Shown in pieces: positions 1-10,753 of a stretch of 64,000 nt of DNA; positions within the stretch are counted from its first letter, which is position 1; every line of letters starts with the position of its first letter. The DNA is taken from positions 64,001-128,000 of the forward strand of contig CAVYTU010000018.1 of assembly GCA_963771465.1 (NCBI GenBank), in the 5' to 3' direction. The position numbers and the translations under genes were made by a program. Origin of the DNA: an uncultured delta proteobacterium (GTDB lineage: Bacteria; Desulfobacterota; Binatia; UBA9968). The notes below the pieces were generated by a model. The model searched no databases. It was not told where the DNA came from and saw only the letters and a program-made list of their open reading frames with translations.

Positions 1-2
1 GC

Positions 3-758
3 ATCGTCGGCAAAGCGATCGCCGGGATGCCGCGGGACCGTGTGGTGATTTCGACCAAGAAGACATTGCCGACTCCCGATCAGGCGAATCCGGAAGCCGA
101 GATTATCAACGGCTTGGAGCAAAGTCTTAGGCTGCTTGGCACCGACTACATCGATATTTATCATCTGCACGGTGTCGAGCCCAAGGATTTTGAGTTCGCG
201 CAAGACCGCCTAATGGCGCCAATGCGGCGCTTGAAAGAGCAGGGCAAGATCCGTTTCATCGGCGTCACCGAAAACTTTGGTGTCGACACGTCACACACGA
301 TGTTGACGGACAGCCTTGAGAAGAATTTGTGGGACGTGGTGATGGTTGGATTCAGTTTGCTCAATCCGTCGGCGCGGAAGACTATTTTTCCGCTGGCCAT
401 GCAGCGCGGTGTCGGTGTGCTCGATATGTTCGCCGTGCGGCGCGCGCTCAGCCAGCCTAAACGATTGAAAGAGATGTGCGCTGAATTGGTCGAGAAAGGC
501 GCGATTAGAAAAGATGCGCTGGATCTAAACAATCCGCTAGGTTTTTTGCTCAAGGAAACCGACGCCGCGACCCTGCCGGAAGCCGCGTACCGTTTTTGCC
601 GCCATGAGCGCGGCGTCGATGTCGTTCTAACCGGCACCGGCAATCCTGACCACTTGCGGGAAAATGTCAGCTCGATTCTCAAGCCGCCGCTGCCCAAAGC
701 GGCATTGCAGAACCTTGAGAGTTTATTTGGCGGAATGGATTCTTTGACCGGCGGTTAG
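3..758 (+). CDS. Aldo/keto reductase (5'-truncated by window edge)
   Basis: The frame is open from the window start (IVGKAIAGMPRDRVVISTK). AKR motifs SLRLLGTDYIDIYHLHG, GKIRFIGVT and VLTGTGNPDHLREN. Confidence 0.85.
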   Translation: MVGKAIAGMPRDRVVISTKKTLPTPDQANPEAEIINGLEQSLRLLGTDYIDIYHLHGVEPKDFEFAQDRLMAPMRRLKEQGKIRFIGVTENFGVDTSHTMLTDSLEKNLWDVVMVGFSLLNPSARKTIFPLAMQRGVGVLDMFAVRRALSQPKRLKEMCAELVEKGAIRKDALDLNNPLGFLLKETDAATLPEAAYRFCRHERGVDVVLTGTGNPDHLRENVSSILKPPLPKAALQNLESLFGGMDSLTGG

Positions 759-860
759 TCTCGTAATTTGCCCTTTGTTCATTCTCGCTTGTTTTGCCCT
801 CAACTCACCATCCCCAGAGTTCGCGGAAATTGTGGTTGGGAGTGACAAGACCTTGTTCAA

Positions 861-1979
861 TTAAGAAGACGATTCCGGTTGAAACAGTTTCGAGTATTGC
901 TCCCAGGATGCCGGCGCGATGCGGGCGGTTGCGAGATTTTCATCAACATGTTTTTGTTGTTTCATTCCGACCAAGGCAGTGGTTACACCTGGCGTTGAGC
1001 GGACGAATTGCAATGCGCGCTGGCCGTCGGTTTCGAGCCCGGTGAAAGTTTCGTGAATGATTGGCGGCAGATCGTGCGTGAGTTGCCCCTGCAACACTGA
1101 CGCGCTGCACATGACCGTGACGCCAAATTCCTGAGCCGCTTCGAGCAAGGTATGTTGATGGCCGTGCAGCGGCTGATTTGGATTCGACAAGGCTTCGCTC
1201 ATACCGAGATTGAGCGGCAGCTGAATGACCTTGAAGTGATGCTGCTCGCCACCGGCTTTGCCGGCCAGTTCAACTACACGGGCGAGCGACAGATAGTCTT
1301 TGGCATCCGCTGAGTTGCGAAAACAGTTCCAGGTCGCTGTGCCGTACATGCGAATCTTGCCGGCGCTCACGGCGACTTCCAACGCTTCAAACGCTTTGAC
1401 TAGCCGGCCGTCAAACTCGTCCTGCGTGATTTTGCCCAGTTGGGTTTCCGGATTGTGCAGGTAGTAAATGTCGATCGACTCCAAGTCGAGATTGCGTAGG
1501 CTACAGTCGAGCTGATTGAGCAAATATTTTGGCGTCATGCAGTGGCAGCCGCCGACGATATCGGACGCCGTAGCAAGGCCGGGTTTGATAAAACTTTGCT
1601 CGATGTAGGCGCGCGCGTCTTTGGGCGGCGTGCCGTCGTAGGGAATGAATCCGCCTTTGGTGGCGACGACGATCTCGTCGCGGTTGTAGCCTTGGGTCGT
1701 GAGATTCTTGAGCGCCGTGCCGATGGAGCGTTCGCTTCGTTGCAGGCGATAATTGATCGCGCTGTCGATGACGTTGCAGCCGGACTGCACCGCGTGAACC
1801 ACCGCTTTATGATATTCTTGATCGGTGGCGTCATCGTAGTTGCCCAAGTAGGTGCCGATGCCGATGGACGACATCAAGAGGCCTTGAGATTCTCGAAAAT
1901 GCTCCGCTGGAATTTTGCCGTCGAACCGTTTGCGGTAGCGCCCAGTGCCTTCACTTGTCGCCACGCCAGAAATTTTCAT
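861..1979 (-). CDS. Aldo/keto reductase
   Basis: IGIGTY, DSAINY (Asp/Tyr), VATKGG (Lys) and DIYYLHNPE (His) give the AKR catalytic tetrad. The start overlaps the DoxX stop by 4 bp. Confidence 0.9.
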   Translation of the reverse strand: MKISGVATSEGTGRYRKRFDGKIPAEHFRESQGLLMSSIGIGTYLGNYDDATDQEYHKAVVHAVQSGCNVIDSAINYRLQRSERSIGTALKNLTTQGYNRDEIVVATKGGFIPYDGTPPKDARAYIEQSFIKPGLATASDIVGGCHCMTPKYLLNQLDCSLRNLDLESIDIYYLHNPETQLGKITQDEFDGRLVKAFEALEVAVSAGKIRMYGTATWNCFRNSADAKDYLSLARVVELAGKAGGEQHHFKVIQLPLNLGMSEALSNPNQPLHGHQHTLLEAAQEFGVTVMCSASVLQGQLTHDLPPIIHETFTGLETDGQRALQFVRSTPGVTTALVGMKQQKHVDENLATARIAPASWEQYSKLFQPESSS

Positions 1980-2455
1980 TTTGCCCCCTTTCCCTTGCCG
2001 CCACCGCGCAACAGCAGACTATCGAGCCCCATGGTACGACCGGGATTTGCCAGTATGAAGATCGCCAGCATGATGATGAATGTTTGCTGCTGTGCCACCA
2101 TCGCCCCGCCGCGCGCCATCCCAGGACCGAGGTAGTAGTTGATCACCATAAACATACCGACAAAAGCGCTGACCCGGGTAAATAAACCTAGTAGCAGACA
2201 GGCGCCGACACCGATCTCGCCGATCACCACGAGATAACCGACGAGCTCACTATGGGGCACGATATAATTTTGTAGGAAGGTTTTGTACCAGGGGTACAGA
2301 TCGAGGGTGGCGATGTCGCCGATTTGCCGGCCGATCCAGTCGCCCTTGGGAAAGTCGCGCTGAAATTTTCTGATACCTTGAAAGAAAAGATAGTAACCGA
2401 CGTAGATGCGCAGGACGGACAAATACCAGAGATAGGTTCGCTCCTTTAGATTCAT
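1976..2455 (-). CDS. DoxX/DoxD-family membrane protein
   Basis: LRIYVGYYLFFQGIRK, GEIGVGACLLLGLFTR and GRTMGLD are DoxX/TQO small-subunit-like motifs; about 4 TM segments. Confidence 0.8.
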   Translation of the reverse strand: MNLKERTYLWYLSVLRIYVGYYLFFQGIRKFQRDFPKGDWIGRQIGDIATLDLYPWYKTFLQNYIVPHSELVGYLVVIGEIGVGACLLLGLFTRVSAFVGMFMVINYYLGPGMARGGAMVAQQQTFIIMLAIFILANPGRTMGLDSLLLRGGGKGKGAK

Positions 2456-2614
2456 CGCGCTCTTTCAAACTCAAACTTGCGCATTTTCAGCATTGGAGAA
2501 TTTCGCCGTCACGCGAAATTTCTCCGGCGCAGACGGATTGGCGCGCGCGGAAACCGGCGCAACCCGAGCGGCAAAACAGCATGAGTCAATCGATTGATCT
2601 AGCGGTGAATACTC

Positions 2615-3382
2615 TCAGAAAGCGTCTTTCATTTTTCTGACCGCGGCGAACACCGAAACTGGGTCAAGGCTGTTCTGTGGCGCAACGGACTGAACGCTCG
2701 CTTGAATTTCTCCACTGTCCCAACGCAAAAACGGATTGGTCTCAATTTCTTCTTCCAGGGTCGCCGGCACCGTCGGCGCGCCGCCGGCGCGCAAGGTTTT
2801 CACCCGCTCATAGCGCGTGACGAGTTTCGGATTGTTCGGTTCCACCGACATGGCGAAGCGCAGGTTGTTCTCTGTATATTCGTGACCGCAGTAGACTTGG
2901 GTGTGCGCCGGCAGGGCCATCAATTTTTTCAGCGATGCGTGCATTTGTTGCGCCGTTCCTTCGAACAGCCGGCCGCAGCCGGCGGTAAACAGGGTGTCGC
3001 CGCAAAATAGATTGTTCTCGAACAGGTAGGCGACGTGACCGGTGGTATGGCCAGGGATGAAGAAAACCTTTCCTTGCAACTCGCCGATGTGAATTTCGTC
3101 GCCTTCATCTACACCATGGGTCATGCCGAACACACGCGCCTGATCGCTCTTATGGCCGTATACTCGTACTTTGTGCGCCGCCAGTATCCCTTCGTTGCCG
3201 CCGGTGTGATCGCGGTGATGGTGCGTGTTGAGGATCGCAGTTAGCGTTGCCTGCTCTTGGGCGATTCGACGCAGCACAGGTTCTGATTCAGACGGATCGA
3301 CGATCGCCGCTTGATGGGTTTTCTCGCACACCACGAGATAGCCGTAGTTGTCTCGCAGCAAAGGAATTTGGGTAATTTTCAT
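2615..3382 (-). CDS. gloB: Hydroxyacylglutathione hydrolase (glyoxalase II)
   Basis: DNYGYL, THHHRDHTGG, PGHTTGH, GDTLFTAGCGRLFEG, YCGHEYT, ETNPFLR. Confidence 0.95.
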   Translation of the reverse strand: MKITQIPLLRDNYGYLVVCEKTHQAAIVDPSESEPVLRRIAQEQATLTAILNTHHHRDHTGGNEGILAAHKVRVYGHKSDQARVFGMTHGVDEGDEIHIGELQGKVFFIPGHTTGHVAYLFENNLFCGDTLFTAGCGRLFEGTAQQMHASLKKLMALPAHTQVYCGHEYTENNLRFAMSVEPNNPKLVTRYERVKTLRAGGAPTVPATLEEEIETNPFLRWDSGEIQASVQSVAPQNSLDPVSVFAAVRKMKDAF

Positions 3383-3627
3383 AGCCTTCTTGTTTGTTCC
3401 GCGTCTTTTACAAAATTATTAGGCCGAGGGTTGTATTGATGACATAATTGAACTTTCGGTCCCACCCGCGCGCTTACAGATGACCCTAGCATAGTTGCTT
3501 AAAACGCGGCAAGTCACTAAACAAAAAGATCTTTTTGCCGATGGATAGAGTTGTGCGGAAGCTTCGGCATAGCGGTCACGGGAATTGCATTAGGAGTCGC
3601 TTTTACGAATGAGGGAAACAATCCGCT

Positions 3628-4083
3628 ATGCTAGACGGCGCTCTTAGGCCTGTTGAAGTCCTACTGGTCGAGGACAATCCCGGCGACGTGCGGCTGACCG
3701 AGGAGGCTTTGAAGGAGGGTAAACTCGTCGTTCACTTGACCGTCGCCCGCGACGGTCTTGAGGCTACTGATATTCTCCACCAGCGCAATGGCCACGCGAA
3801 TGCCAAGCGGCCGGATCTGATCCTGCTCGATCTCAATTTGCCCAAAATCGACGGCCGGCAGGTTCTGCAAGAAATTAAGAATGATCCCAAGCTGTTGCGT
3901 ATCCCGGTGGTGGTTCTCACCACCTCCGAAGCCGACTCGGATATTTTGACGACCTACGGCTCCCATGCCAACTGCTACATCACCAAGCCGGTCGACATGG
4001 ATCGTTTCGTCGACATCGTAAAACTCCTAGAGGAGTTCTGGTTCACCATCGTCAAGCTGCCGTCACACGGAACCGCCTTGTAA
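3628..4083 (+). CDS. Single-domain response regulator, Rcp1-like
   Basis: LLVEDNPGD, PDLILLDLNLPKIDG, VVLTTS, ANCYITKPVD, and the FW C-terminal motif of the Rcp1 type. Confidence 0.92.
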   Translation: MLDGALRPVEVLLVEDNPGDVRLTEEALKEGKLVVHLTVARDGLEATDILHQRNGHANAKRPDLILLDLNLPKIDGRQVLQEIKNDPKLLRIPVVVLTTSEADSDILTTYGSHANCYITKPVDMDRFVDIVKLLEEFWFTIVKLPSHGTAL

Positions 4084-4116
4084 CTCCGCGGCCGGCTACT
4101 CTCGGAGATAATTTAC

Positions 4117-4338
4117 ATGCAGAAAAATGCACTTCGGGATTTGCTGGCCTGCGCTCTCGCTCTAACGATATTTATGAACACGCCGCTAATGGCGCAGACC
4201 ATCAAAGTCGGCGGCGACGGAAGCGCATCGGCGCTGAACAAAAAGATCGTCGAGCGCCATGGCGGCAAAAACTGGGTCGAATCGGAACCAGGAAGAGGAG
4301 CGGCATTTTCTTCACGCTGCCAGCTTAATGCGACATGA
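4117..4338 (+). pseudogene. Chimeric deletion remnant: secreted binding-protein N-terminus fused to a histidine kinase HATPase C-terminus
   Basis: Signal peptide plus [11 protein letters not shown] (PstS-like start), then [23 protein letters not shown] (end of HATPase_c). A 1-nt shift would restore FTLPA*. Confidence 0.65.
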
Positions 4339-6509
4339 CCATTCAATCAAAAGATTGGCAAAGGTACGGGTGGAAAATGGACCCTAGGGTTTCAAAAACG
4401 GTTCCGCTTTCCACGCGCATTAAGAGCCTCTCGAGTCTCCTACCATCAGGCGGCGAGCTGCCGGAAGCGGTGTGGTCGACGCGGCACGGTTTTCTTGTCT
4501 GGCTTACTTGGTTTCATGCTTTGCTGATCGCCCTCATTGGACCGATTTTTGGGTATAGCTGGGAGCTTAGCATTGGCGCCATTTTCCGGGATGACACGGT
4601 TCTCCATACCATTTCAGAGGGACTGATCGTCGCCCTCTTTGCGTTTCTGGGTTGGCAGGTGGGCAGCCGAAAGATTAGCGCCACGCTCGTCGGCATTGGA
4701 TTGATGAGTTCATCGGCGATCTTCGTGCATCTCTCGGGCGGCTACATCGAGCTCCACTTTCATTTCTTCGTCATGCTGGTCTTCATCGCTCTTTACCAAG
4801 ACTGGGTTCCCTACCTGCTCTCCGTCGTCTTTGTAGCCCTCCATCACGGCGTATTGGGAGTCCTGTGGCCTGAAGGAGTTTTTAACCACCCCGCAGCTCT
4901 CAATGCACCCTGGACTTGGGCCGGGATCCACGCCTTCTTCGTCCTGTGGTCTTGCGTTGGGAGCGCGATCGCCTGGCGCTTCAATGAGATCGCTTTCGCG
5001 CGCACTAAGTTGATTCTCGACTGTGCGGGAGAAGGCATCTTCGGTTTAGACCCGGAGGGGAAGATTAGCTTCATTAACCCGGCAGCGGAAAAAATGCTCC
5101 GCCTGGGTCCCAACGCCAGCATCGGCAAGCAACTGGGTGAGATCCTTCGGCACACCACCGCGGATAGCGCCGCTTTTGCGGTGGAGACTGAGCCGATTCT
5201 GGCGCCGCTCGGAGACCGGATTTCTCGTAGCGGGAGCGACGAGATTTTCTGGTGCAACGATGACACATTCTTCCCGGTGGATTACACCAGTATCGCCATG
5301 ATCGAACGCGACGAGCTGACGGGTGTGGTCATCACGTTTAGGGATGTAACCGAGCGCCACCGCAGAGAGAGGGACTTGCAACACAGCGAGGCGAAGTTTC
5401 GCGCTTTGGCCGAGACTGCCAACGACGCCATTATTTCCGCGGACAGTCATGGAAACATTATCCACTTTAACGATGCCGCCGAACGGGCATTCGGTTATCA
5501 GGAAAGCGACGTTGTCGGCAAGCCGATAACGTCGCTCATGGCCGAGAGATTCCAAGATGCTCACGAGCAGGGGCTTGCGCAGTTTCTCGCTTCAGGCGAG
5601 TCCCGCGTAATCGGTAAGACCGTGGAATTGACCGGCAGGAGAAAGGCTGGAAGCGAATTTGCCATCGAGATGTCTCTCGCCAGTTGGAAAACCAACGGGC
5701 AAACGTTTTTTACCTCGATCATCCGCGACATCACGGAGCGCAAACAAGCGCAGGACGCATTAGCTGAGAAAGCAGAACAGTTGGCTTTCTCAAATAAGGA
5801 GTTGGAGCAGTTTGCCTATGTGGCCTCCCATGATCTTCAGGAGCCGCTCAGGATGGTGGCGAGTTACACCCAACTATTGGCGAAACGGTACAACGGCAGG
5901 CTGGACAAGGACGCCGATGAGTACATAGCCTTCGCGGTAGACGGCGCCAAGCGGATGCAAGGCTTGATTCAGGACCTGCTCGCTTATTCGCGCGTCGGTA
6001 CCAAAGGCACGGATCTCGCTCCGACTGATTGCGAAGCGGTTTTGGCTCGGACGCTGAAGACTTTGGAACTCGCGGCGCAAGAGGCCGTAGCGATGATCAC
6101 CCATGACCCGCTGCCGACGGTGATGGCCGATGAAATTCAGCTCGGTCAATTGTTTCAAAATCTGATCGGCAACGCCATCAAATATCGCAACGGCAGCGCA
6201 CCGCGCATCCATGTTTCGTGCAAACCCGAAAGCGGCCATTGGCAGTTTTCGGTGCACGACAACGGCATCGGTATCGATCCGCAATATGCCGAGCGAGTCT
6301 TCGTGATCTTCCAGCGTTTGCACACCCGCGACGAATACGAGGGTACGGGCATCGGCTTGGCGGTGTGTAAGAAAATCGTCGAGCGCCAGGGCGGAAAAAT
6401 TTGGCTCGACTCTGAGCCGGGCCACGGCTCGACATTCTATTTTACTTTGCCTCGGCATTCAGGATCGGAGGATGCCAAGCGCGCGGCGGGCGCGGCCTTG
6501 GTGAATTAA
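4335..6509 (+). CDS. Sensor histidine kinase: His-rich multi-TM sensor, PAS, PAS, HisKA, HATPase
   Basis: TM region with [16 protein letters not shown] and ALHHG; two PAS domains ([21 protein letters not shown]); H-box [14 protein letters not shown]; [23 protein letters not shown]. The start may be 4377. Confidence 0.92.
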   Translation: MTIQSKDWQRYGWKMDPRVSKTVPLSTRIKSLSSLLPSGGELPEAVWSTRHGFLVWLTWFHALLIALIGPIFGYSWELSIGAIFRDDTVLHTISEGLIVALFAFLGWQVGSRKISATLVGIGLMSSSAIFVHLSGGYIELHFHFFVMLVFIALYQDWVPYLLSVVFVALHHGVLGVLWPEGVFNHPAALNAPWTWAGIHAFFVLWSCVGSAIAWRFNEIAFARTKLILDCAGEGIFGLDPEGKISFINPAAEKMLRLGPNASIGKQLGEILRHTTADSAAFAVETEPILAPLGDRISRSGSDEIFWCNDDTFFPVDYTSIAMIERDELTGVVITFRDVTERHRRERDLQHSEAKFRALAETANDAIISADSHGNIIHFNDAAERAFGYQESDVVGKPITSLMAERFQDAHEQGLAQFLASGESRVIGKTVELTGRRKAGSEFAIEMSLASWKTNGQTFFTSIIRDITERKQAQDALAEKAEQLAFSNKELEQFAYVASHDLQEPLRMVASYTQLLAKRYNGRLDKDADEYIAFAVDGAKRMQGLIQDLLAYSRVGTKGTDLAPTDCEAVLARTLKTLELAAQEAVAMITHDPLPTVMADEIQLGQLFQNLIGNAIKYRNGSAPRIHVSCKPESGHWQFSVHDNGIGIDPQYAERVFVIFQRLHTRDEYEGTGIGLAVCKKIVERQGGKIWLDSEPGHGSTFYFTLPRHSGSEDAKRAAGAALVN

Positions 6510-6512
6510 ACA

Positions 6513-8258
6513 ATGCCAGTGAGCCAACCTATCCTGTTGGTCGAGGACAATTCCGGCGACGCGATGTTGCTCAAGGAGGCGTTGCGCGACTTCAATCATA
6601 GGCCGCCCTTCGAGTTGATCCACGTCGATCGGCTGGCGACGGCAATCGAACGCATGAAACAGGAAAGGTTCGACGCGGTTCTATTGGATCTGTCCCTGCC
6701 CGATGCCAAAGGTGTTGAAACGGTAGTGCGCATGCAACGTGATGCCGGAACCTTGCCGATCATCGTGCTCACCGGATTGGACGACGATGCGGCGGCGATG
6801 GAAGCGGTGCGCGCCGGCGCCCAAGATTATCTCGTCAAAGGCCAAATCGACGGCCGTCTGCTCGTGCGCGCCTTGCGCTATGCAATCGAAAGAAAGCGGC
6901 TGCAAGAGGCCATGCGGCTTCACTTGGAGCGCATCACGGCGCTCAAAGATGTCAATGTCGCGCTCACCGCGAACTTGAATCTACCCTCAGTTCTGGAAGT
7001 TCTCTGCGAAACGGTTGGCCGCTTGCTACCCGACTTCGGTATGACGGTGCGTTTGTGGAACCGCGAGCAAGGGCTCTTGGAATCGGCCGCGACGGTAAAC
7101 TACGACGATAGTTGGTGGCAGTCGATGATAACGCAACCCGAACGTAAGGCCACGCTCAGCGAGACCGTATTCGCCTCAAAGCAACCTTTAGTCATCTCGG
7201 ATGTCGCCAACGAACCGCGGCTGCAATATCAAGAATTTTGGCGCCGCACGGGTTTTTCGGGATATCTCGGTATTCCTCTGATCGCGAACGACGAAACTCT
7301 TGGCGTGGTTTCGTTTTTTCCCAAGCAAGGGACCATACTCACTAGCCAAGAAATCGAGTTTCTCAGCGCCTTGGCAAGCCAAGCGTCGGTGGCGATCCGC
7401 AACTCCCAAACCCACGGCGAGATGAAGCGATTGGCCGGCGACTTGGAGCGATCCAATCACGTCAAAGAGGAATTTCTCGGCGTCATCTCCCACGAGCTGC
7501 GCACGCCGCTAAACGTCGTTAGAGGATATGTCGAAATCCTCCAGACCGGCATGTTCGGTGCAATGAATTCAGAGCAGTTGGAAGCGGTGGAAAAAATCGC
7601 CAATCAAACGAGAATCCAGCTGGCGATGATCAATTCGATCTTGAACGCGACGACCATGGAGTCGGAAGTTGCTTCGGTACAGACCGAGGTGTTCTCATTG
7701 GGCGATTTTCTGGAAGACTTCAGAGTCGCATTTCCAGATCCGGCGGACGGCCACCTATACTTTGAGTGGTGTTACTCGCCGAGCCTGCCGGAGATCCGCA
7801 GTGATCGGACCAAGCTCCAATATATTCTGCAAAATCTTATTAACAACGCGGTTAAATATACGCCCCGCGGGATGGTGGCGGTGAGCGCTGAAGTGCGCAT
7901 GGGTGCGCCGTTGGTGCCGGACCCGGAGAATGCAAACTCGCGCAAGTGCTGGCTGAGTTTGCGCGTCGGCGATACCGGGGTCGGCATCGCCGAGGAATTT
8001 CTGCCGGTGATTTTTGAAAAATTCAGCCAGGTCGACAGTTCGACAACCCGAGCCCATGAAGGCATCGGACTCGGTTTGCATATCGTCAAACGGTGCACGG
8101 AACTGCTCAACGGCACGGTGAAAGTCGAAAGCGAACTGGGCAAGGGAACGACATTTTTCGTGACGATTCCCTGCGAGCACGACGCCGACGGGAGCCGCCG
8201 CGGAAGCGCTGCCGGCGCCGCGGCTGTGCGCCATCTGCGGCAGAGCGATACGCTATGA
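6513..8258 (+). CDS. Hybrid kinase REC-GAF-HisKA-HATPase
   Basis: N-terminal REC (LLVEDN, LLDLSLPD, DYLVKG), GAF (YLGIPLIANDETLGVV), SHELRTPL, NNAVKYT, DTGVGI, GIGLGL. Confidence 0.92.
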   Translation: MPVSQPILLVEDNSGDAMLLKEALRDFNHRPPFELIHVDRLATAIERMKQERFDAVLLDLSLPDAKGVETVVRMQRDAGTLPIIVLTGLDDDAAAMEAVRAGAQDYLVKGQIDGRLLVRALRYAIERKRLQEAMRLHLERITALKDVNVALTANLNLPSVLEVLCETVGRLLPDFGMTVRLWNREQGLLESAATVNYDDSWWQSMITQPERKATLSETVFASKQPLVISDVANEPRLQYQEFWRRTGFSGYLGIPLIANDETLGVVSFFPKQGTILTSQEIEFLSALASQASVAIRNSQTHGEMKRLAGDLERSNHVKEEFLGVISHELRTPLNVVRGYVEILQTGMFGAMNSEQLEAVEKIANQTRIQLAMINSILNATTMESEVASVQTEVFSLGDFLEDFRVAFPDPADGHLYFEWCYSPSLPEIRSDRTKLQYILQNLINNAVKYTPRGMVAVSAEVRMGAPLVPDPENANSRKCWLSLRVGDTGVGIAEEFLPVIFEKFSQVDSSTTRAHEGIGLGLHIVKRCTELLNGTVKVESELGKGTTFFVTIPCEHDADGSRRGSAAGAAAVRHLRQSDTL

Positions 8259-8317
8259 ACGGGCTGAAGGGCGCTATTTAACGTCGGGTCGTTGGCGCGA
8301 GCCGACTTTCTAATCGC

Positions 8318-10510
8318 ATGGCCAAAATGCACGCTTCATTGATCGAACCGAACGCCGATACGGTTGGCGACCCGGTTAAAGTTCTCCTCATCGAGGACAA
8401 TACCGGCGACGCACGTTTGGTTTTGGAACTACTTAAAGATGCCGGCGGCGCGCTCTTTGAAGTTACCGATGCCGGTTCGCTTAAGGTTGGGATTGGCCAT
8501 CTCAAGGCAGCAAATTACGATGTCGTCCTGTTGGACCTCTCGCTGCCGGATGGCGTTGGCGTCGAAACCGTGGTTCGTCTCCTAGCCGAAGCGCCAGCGG
8601 TGCCGATCGTTGTCCTGACGGGGCTGGACGACGACCGATCCGCCGTCGATGCGGTGCGCAGCGGCGCGCAGGATTATCTCGTCAAAGGCAAATTCGACGG
8701 TCCGATGCTGGCGCGCGTGTTGCGCTACGCCATCGAACGCACGCGCGCCCAGCAGGCGCAAGCGCGCTACCAAGACCAGACGGCGCTGACCACGATTGCA
8801 ACGGCGGCTAGCCAGTCGCTTCAGCTTGAGGAGATGCTCGAGGTCGCGGTGGCAAAGGTGTTGGAAGTTACCGGATGTGAAATGGCGCATATTCGGCTGC
8901 GTAATCAGAAGACTGGGGAAATATCTTTGGCTGCCCACCGAGGGCTTACACCCGAGCGCGTTGATGCGCTACTCCAGCAGCAGCGGCCGTCGGCAGAACG
9001 CGATGAGATTTTCCGCACGGGAGAAGTCGTCATCCAACGCGAACCGGTGGTTAGGGCGCTTGAAAGCCAATCGGCCCAGATTACCGGTCGGGTCAGGGTG
9101 TGGATTCCTCTAAAGGCGAAAGGGAATGTTGTCGGTATCCTGACTATTGAAACGCTGCGCCGAGAAAAGTTTTCGCGCCGCGAAGTGGAGCTTTTAAAGG
9201 CCATCGGCAACGTCATCGGCGTCGGTGTCGAAAATGCCCGGCTGTTCACTGAGACGCGCCGCCAACTGGAACGCATCCAGGCGCTGCGTGATATCAGTGT
9301 AGCCACCGCTTCGAGCCTCAATCTGTCGCGCGTGCTAAAGATTTTGCTCGAAAAAATCGCCGTCGTCTTGCCGTATTCGGCGTTGGCCGTTCGATTGTTC
9401 GACAAAGCGAGCGGCGAATTGCGGCCCACCGTAGCATGGAATCTCGATCAGGAAGAATGGCAAGAGTCAGCCGGCAAAAACAGCGGCAGTGGGCTCTCGG
9501 CCGTTGTCTTCGAGAAAAAGAGTCCCTTGGCGATTCGCCAATTCTTGCACGATCCGCGCACTCGAAAGCCGGAGCTGTTCCGCCGTCAAGGCTTGGTTTC
9601 CTATTTGGGATTGCCGATGATCGCTAACGGCGAATGCGTCGGCGTGTTGTCGATCTCCACCAAATTCGAACATGAATTTCCCGAAGAGGAGATTCGTTTT
9701 CTTTCCGCGCTGGCCAACCAGGCCGGTATGGCGATCTATAATTCCCAGCTCTATGAGCATATTCAGGGGCAAGCGGCCGAGCTCGAACGGAGCAACAAGG
9801 TCAAAGACGAATTCCTCAGTGTCATGTCGCATGAATTTAGAACTCCGATTAACGTAATCCTGGGTTATTGCGAGCTGATCAAGAAACGAGTCTTGGGAGA
9901 AATCAATGCGGAGCAGGAAAACGCGGTGGCGAAGATCACAGATCGTTCTAAGGATCTCTTGGGATTGCTCTCGGCAATTTTAGAAGTGACTCGAATCGAG
10001 ACTAAGGACATGCGGGTGCTGGCGGAAACGTTCGACCTCAATGAATTCTTCGCTGAGTTCAAAACGAACCATGATCTACAGTTGGCCAAGGATGTGAGTC
10101 TTGAGTGGTGTGGCCCGGAGCAAGCAGTCGCGGTTAACACGGATCCGAGAAAGCTGCGGATCATTCTTGAGCAACTTTTCGCCAACGCCGTGCAGTTTAC
10201 GGAAAGCGGCAAGATCAGCGTCGCAGCAAATCGCAGCGCCGACGCCAAGCATTTTTATTTATCGGTGACCGATACCGGGATCGGCATTCCCGCAGAGTCG
10301 CGCGACGTCATTTTTGAAAAATTTACTCAGCTCGATGGCTCGTCGACCCGCGCGGTCGGTGGTATCGGCCTCGGTCTTTATCTGGTCAGAAATTTTGTCG
10401 CTATATTAGGCGGCGAGCTGCGGGTCGATAGCGGGGTTGGCGTCGGTTCCTCTTTCGCAGTGACGCTGCCAATCGACATCGAGTCGTCGCCCGTCTTGGT
10501 GGAACGCTAA
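8318..10510 (+). CDS. Hybrid kinase REC-GAF-GAF-HisKA-HATPase
   Basis: REC paralogous to the upstream gene, two GAF domains, SHEFRTPI, ANAVQFT, DTGIGI, GIGLGL. Confidence 0.92.
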   Translation: MAKMHASLIEPNADTVGDPVKVLLIEDNTGDARLVLELLKDAGGALFEVTDAGSLKVGIGHLKAANYDVVLLDLSLPDGVGVETVVRLLAEAPAVPIVVLTGLDDDRSAVDAVRSGAQDYLVKGKFDGPMLARVLRYAIERTRAQQAQARYQDQTALTTIATAASQSLQLEEMLEVAVAKVLEVTGCEMAHIRLRNQKTGEISLAAHRGLTPERVDALLQQQRPSAERDEIFRTGEVVIQREPVVRALESQSAQITGRVRVWIPLKAKGNVVGILTIETLRREKFSRREVELLKAIGNVIGVGVENARLFTETRRQLERIQALRDISVATASSLNLSRVLKILLEKIAVVLPYSALAVRLFDKASGELRPTVAWNLDQEEWQESAGKNSGSGLSAVVFEKKSPLAIRQFLHDPRTRKPELFRRQGLVSYLGLPMIANGECVGVLSISTKFEHEFPEEEIRFLSALANQAGMAIYNSQLYEHIQGQAAELERSNKVKDEFLSVMSHEFRTPINVILGYCELIKKRVLGEINAEQENAVAKITDRSKDLLGLLSAILEVTRIETKDMRVLAETFDLNEFFAEFKTNHDLQLAKDVSLEWCGPEQAVAVNTDPRKLRIILEQLFANAVQFTESGKISVAANRSADAKHFYLSVTDTGIGIPAESRDVIFEKFTQLDGSSTRAVGGIGLGLYLVRNFVAILGGELRVDSGVGVGSSFAVTLPIDIESSPVLVER

Positions 10511-10714
10511 AGTCGGCGATCGCGGCGCTGGAATGATTCTATAATTCGCTGCCCGTAGTTGCCGACGGCTGTCAATTCGCTTCCAATGAAGCAATATCTC
10601 GCCATCACCAAGGCACGACTGACACGAAATTTCAGATTGCGGATTTACACCGCCGCATGCTCCGACAAGACTTGATCGTGAATAGCTTCCGCGCTTCTAG
10701 ATAAGCTTTCGCAC

Positions 10715-10744
10715 TTGACCGAGTCATCCCGTCAACTCTATAGT
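10715..10744 (+). promoter_or_regulatory. Putative sigma70 promoter of the FIST gene
   Basis: TTGACC (10715-10720), 18-nt spacer, TATAGT (10739-10744), 9 nt before ATG 10754. Confidence 0.45.
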
Positions 10745-10753
10745 TGCCTCATT

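Noticed and set aside
3628-6509. Phytochrome light-sensing pair (Cph1/Rcp1)
   Set aside because: The kinase core and regulator are of that type, but no PAS-GAF-PHY chromophore module is present.
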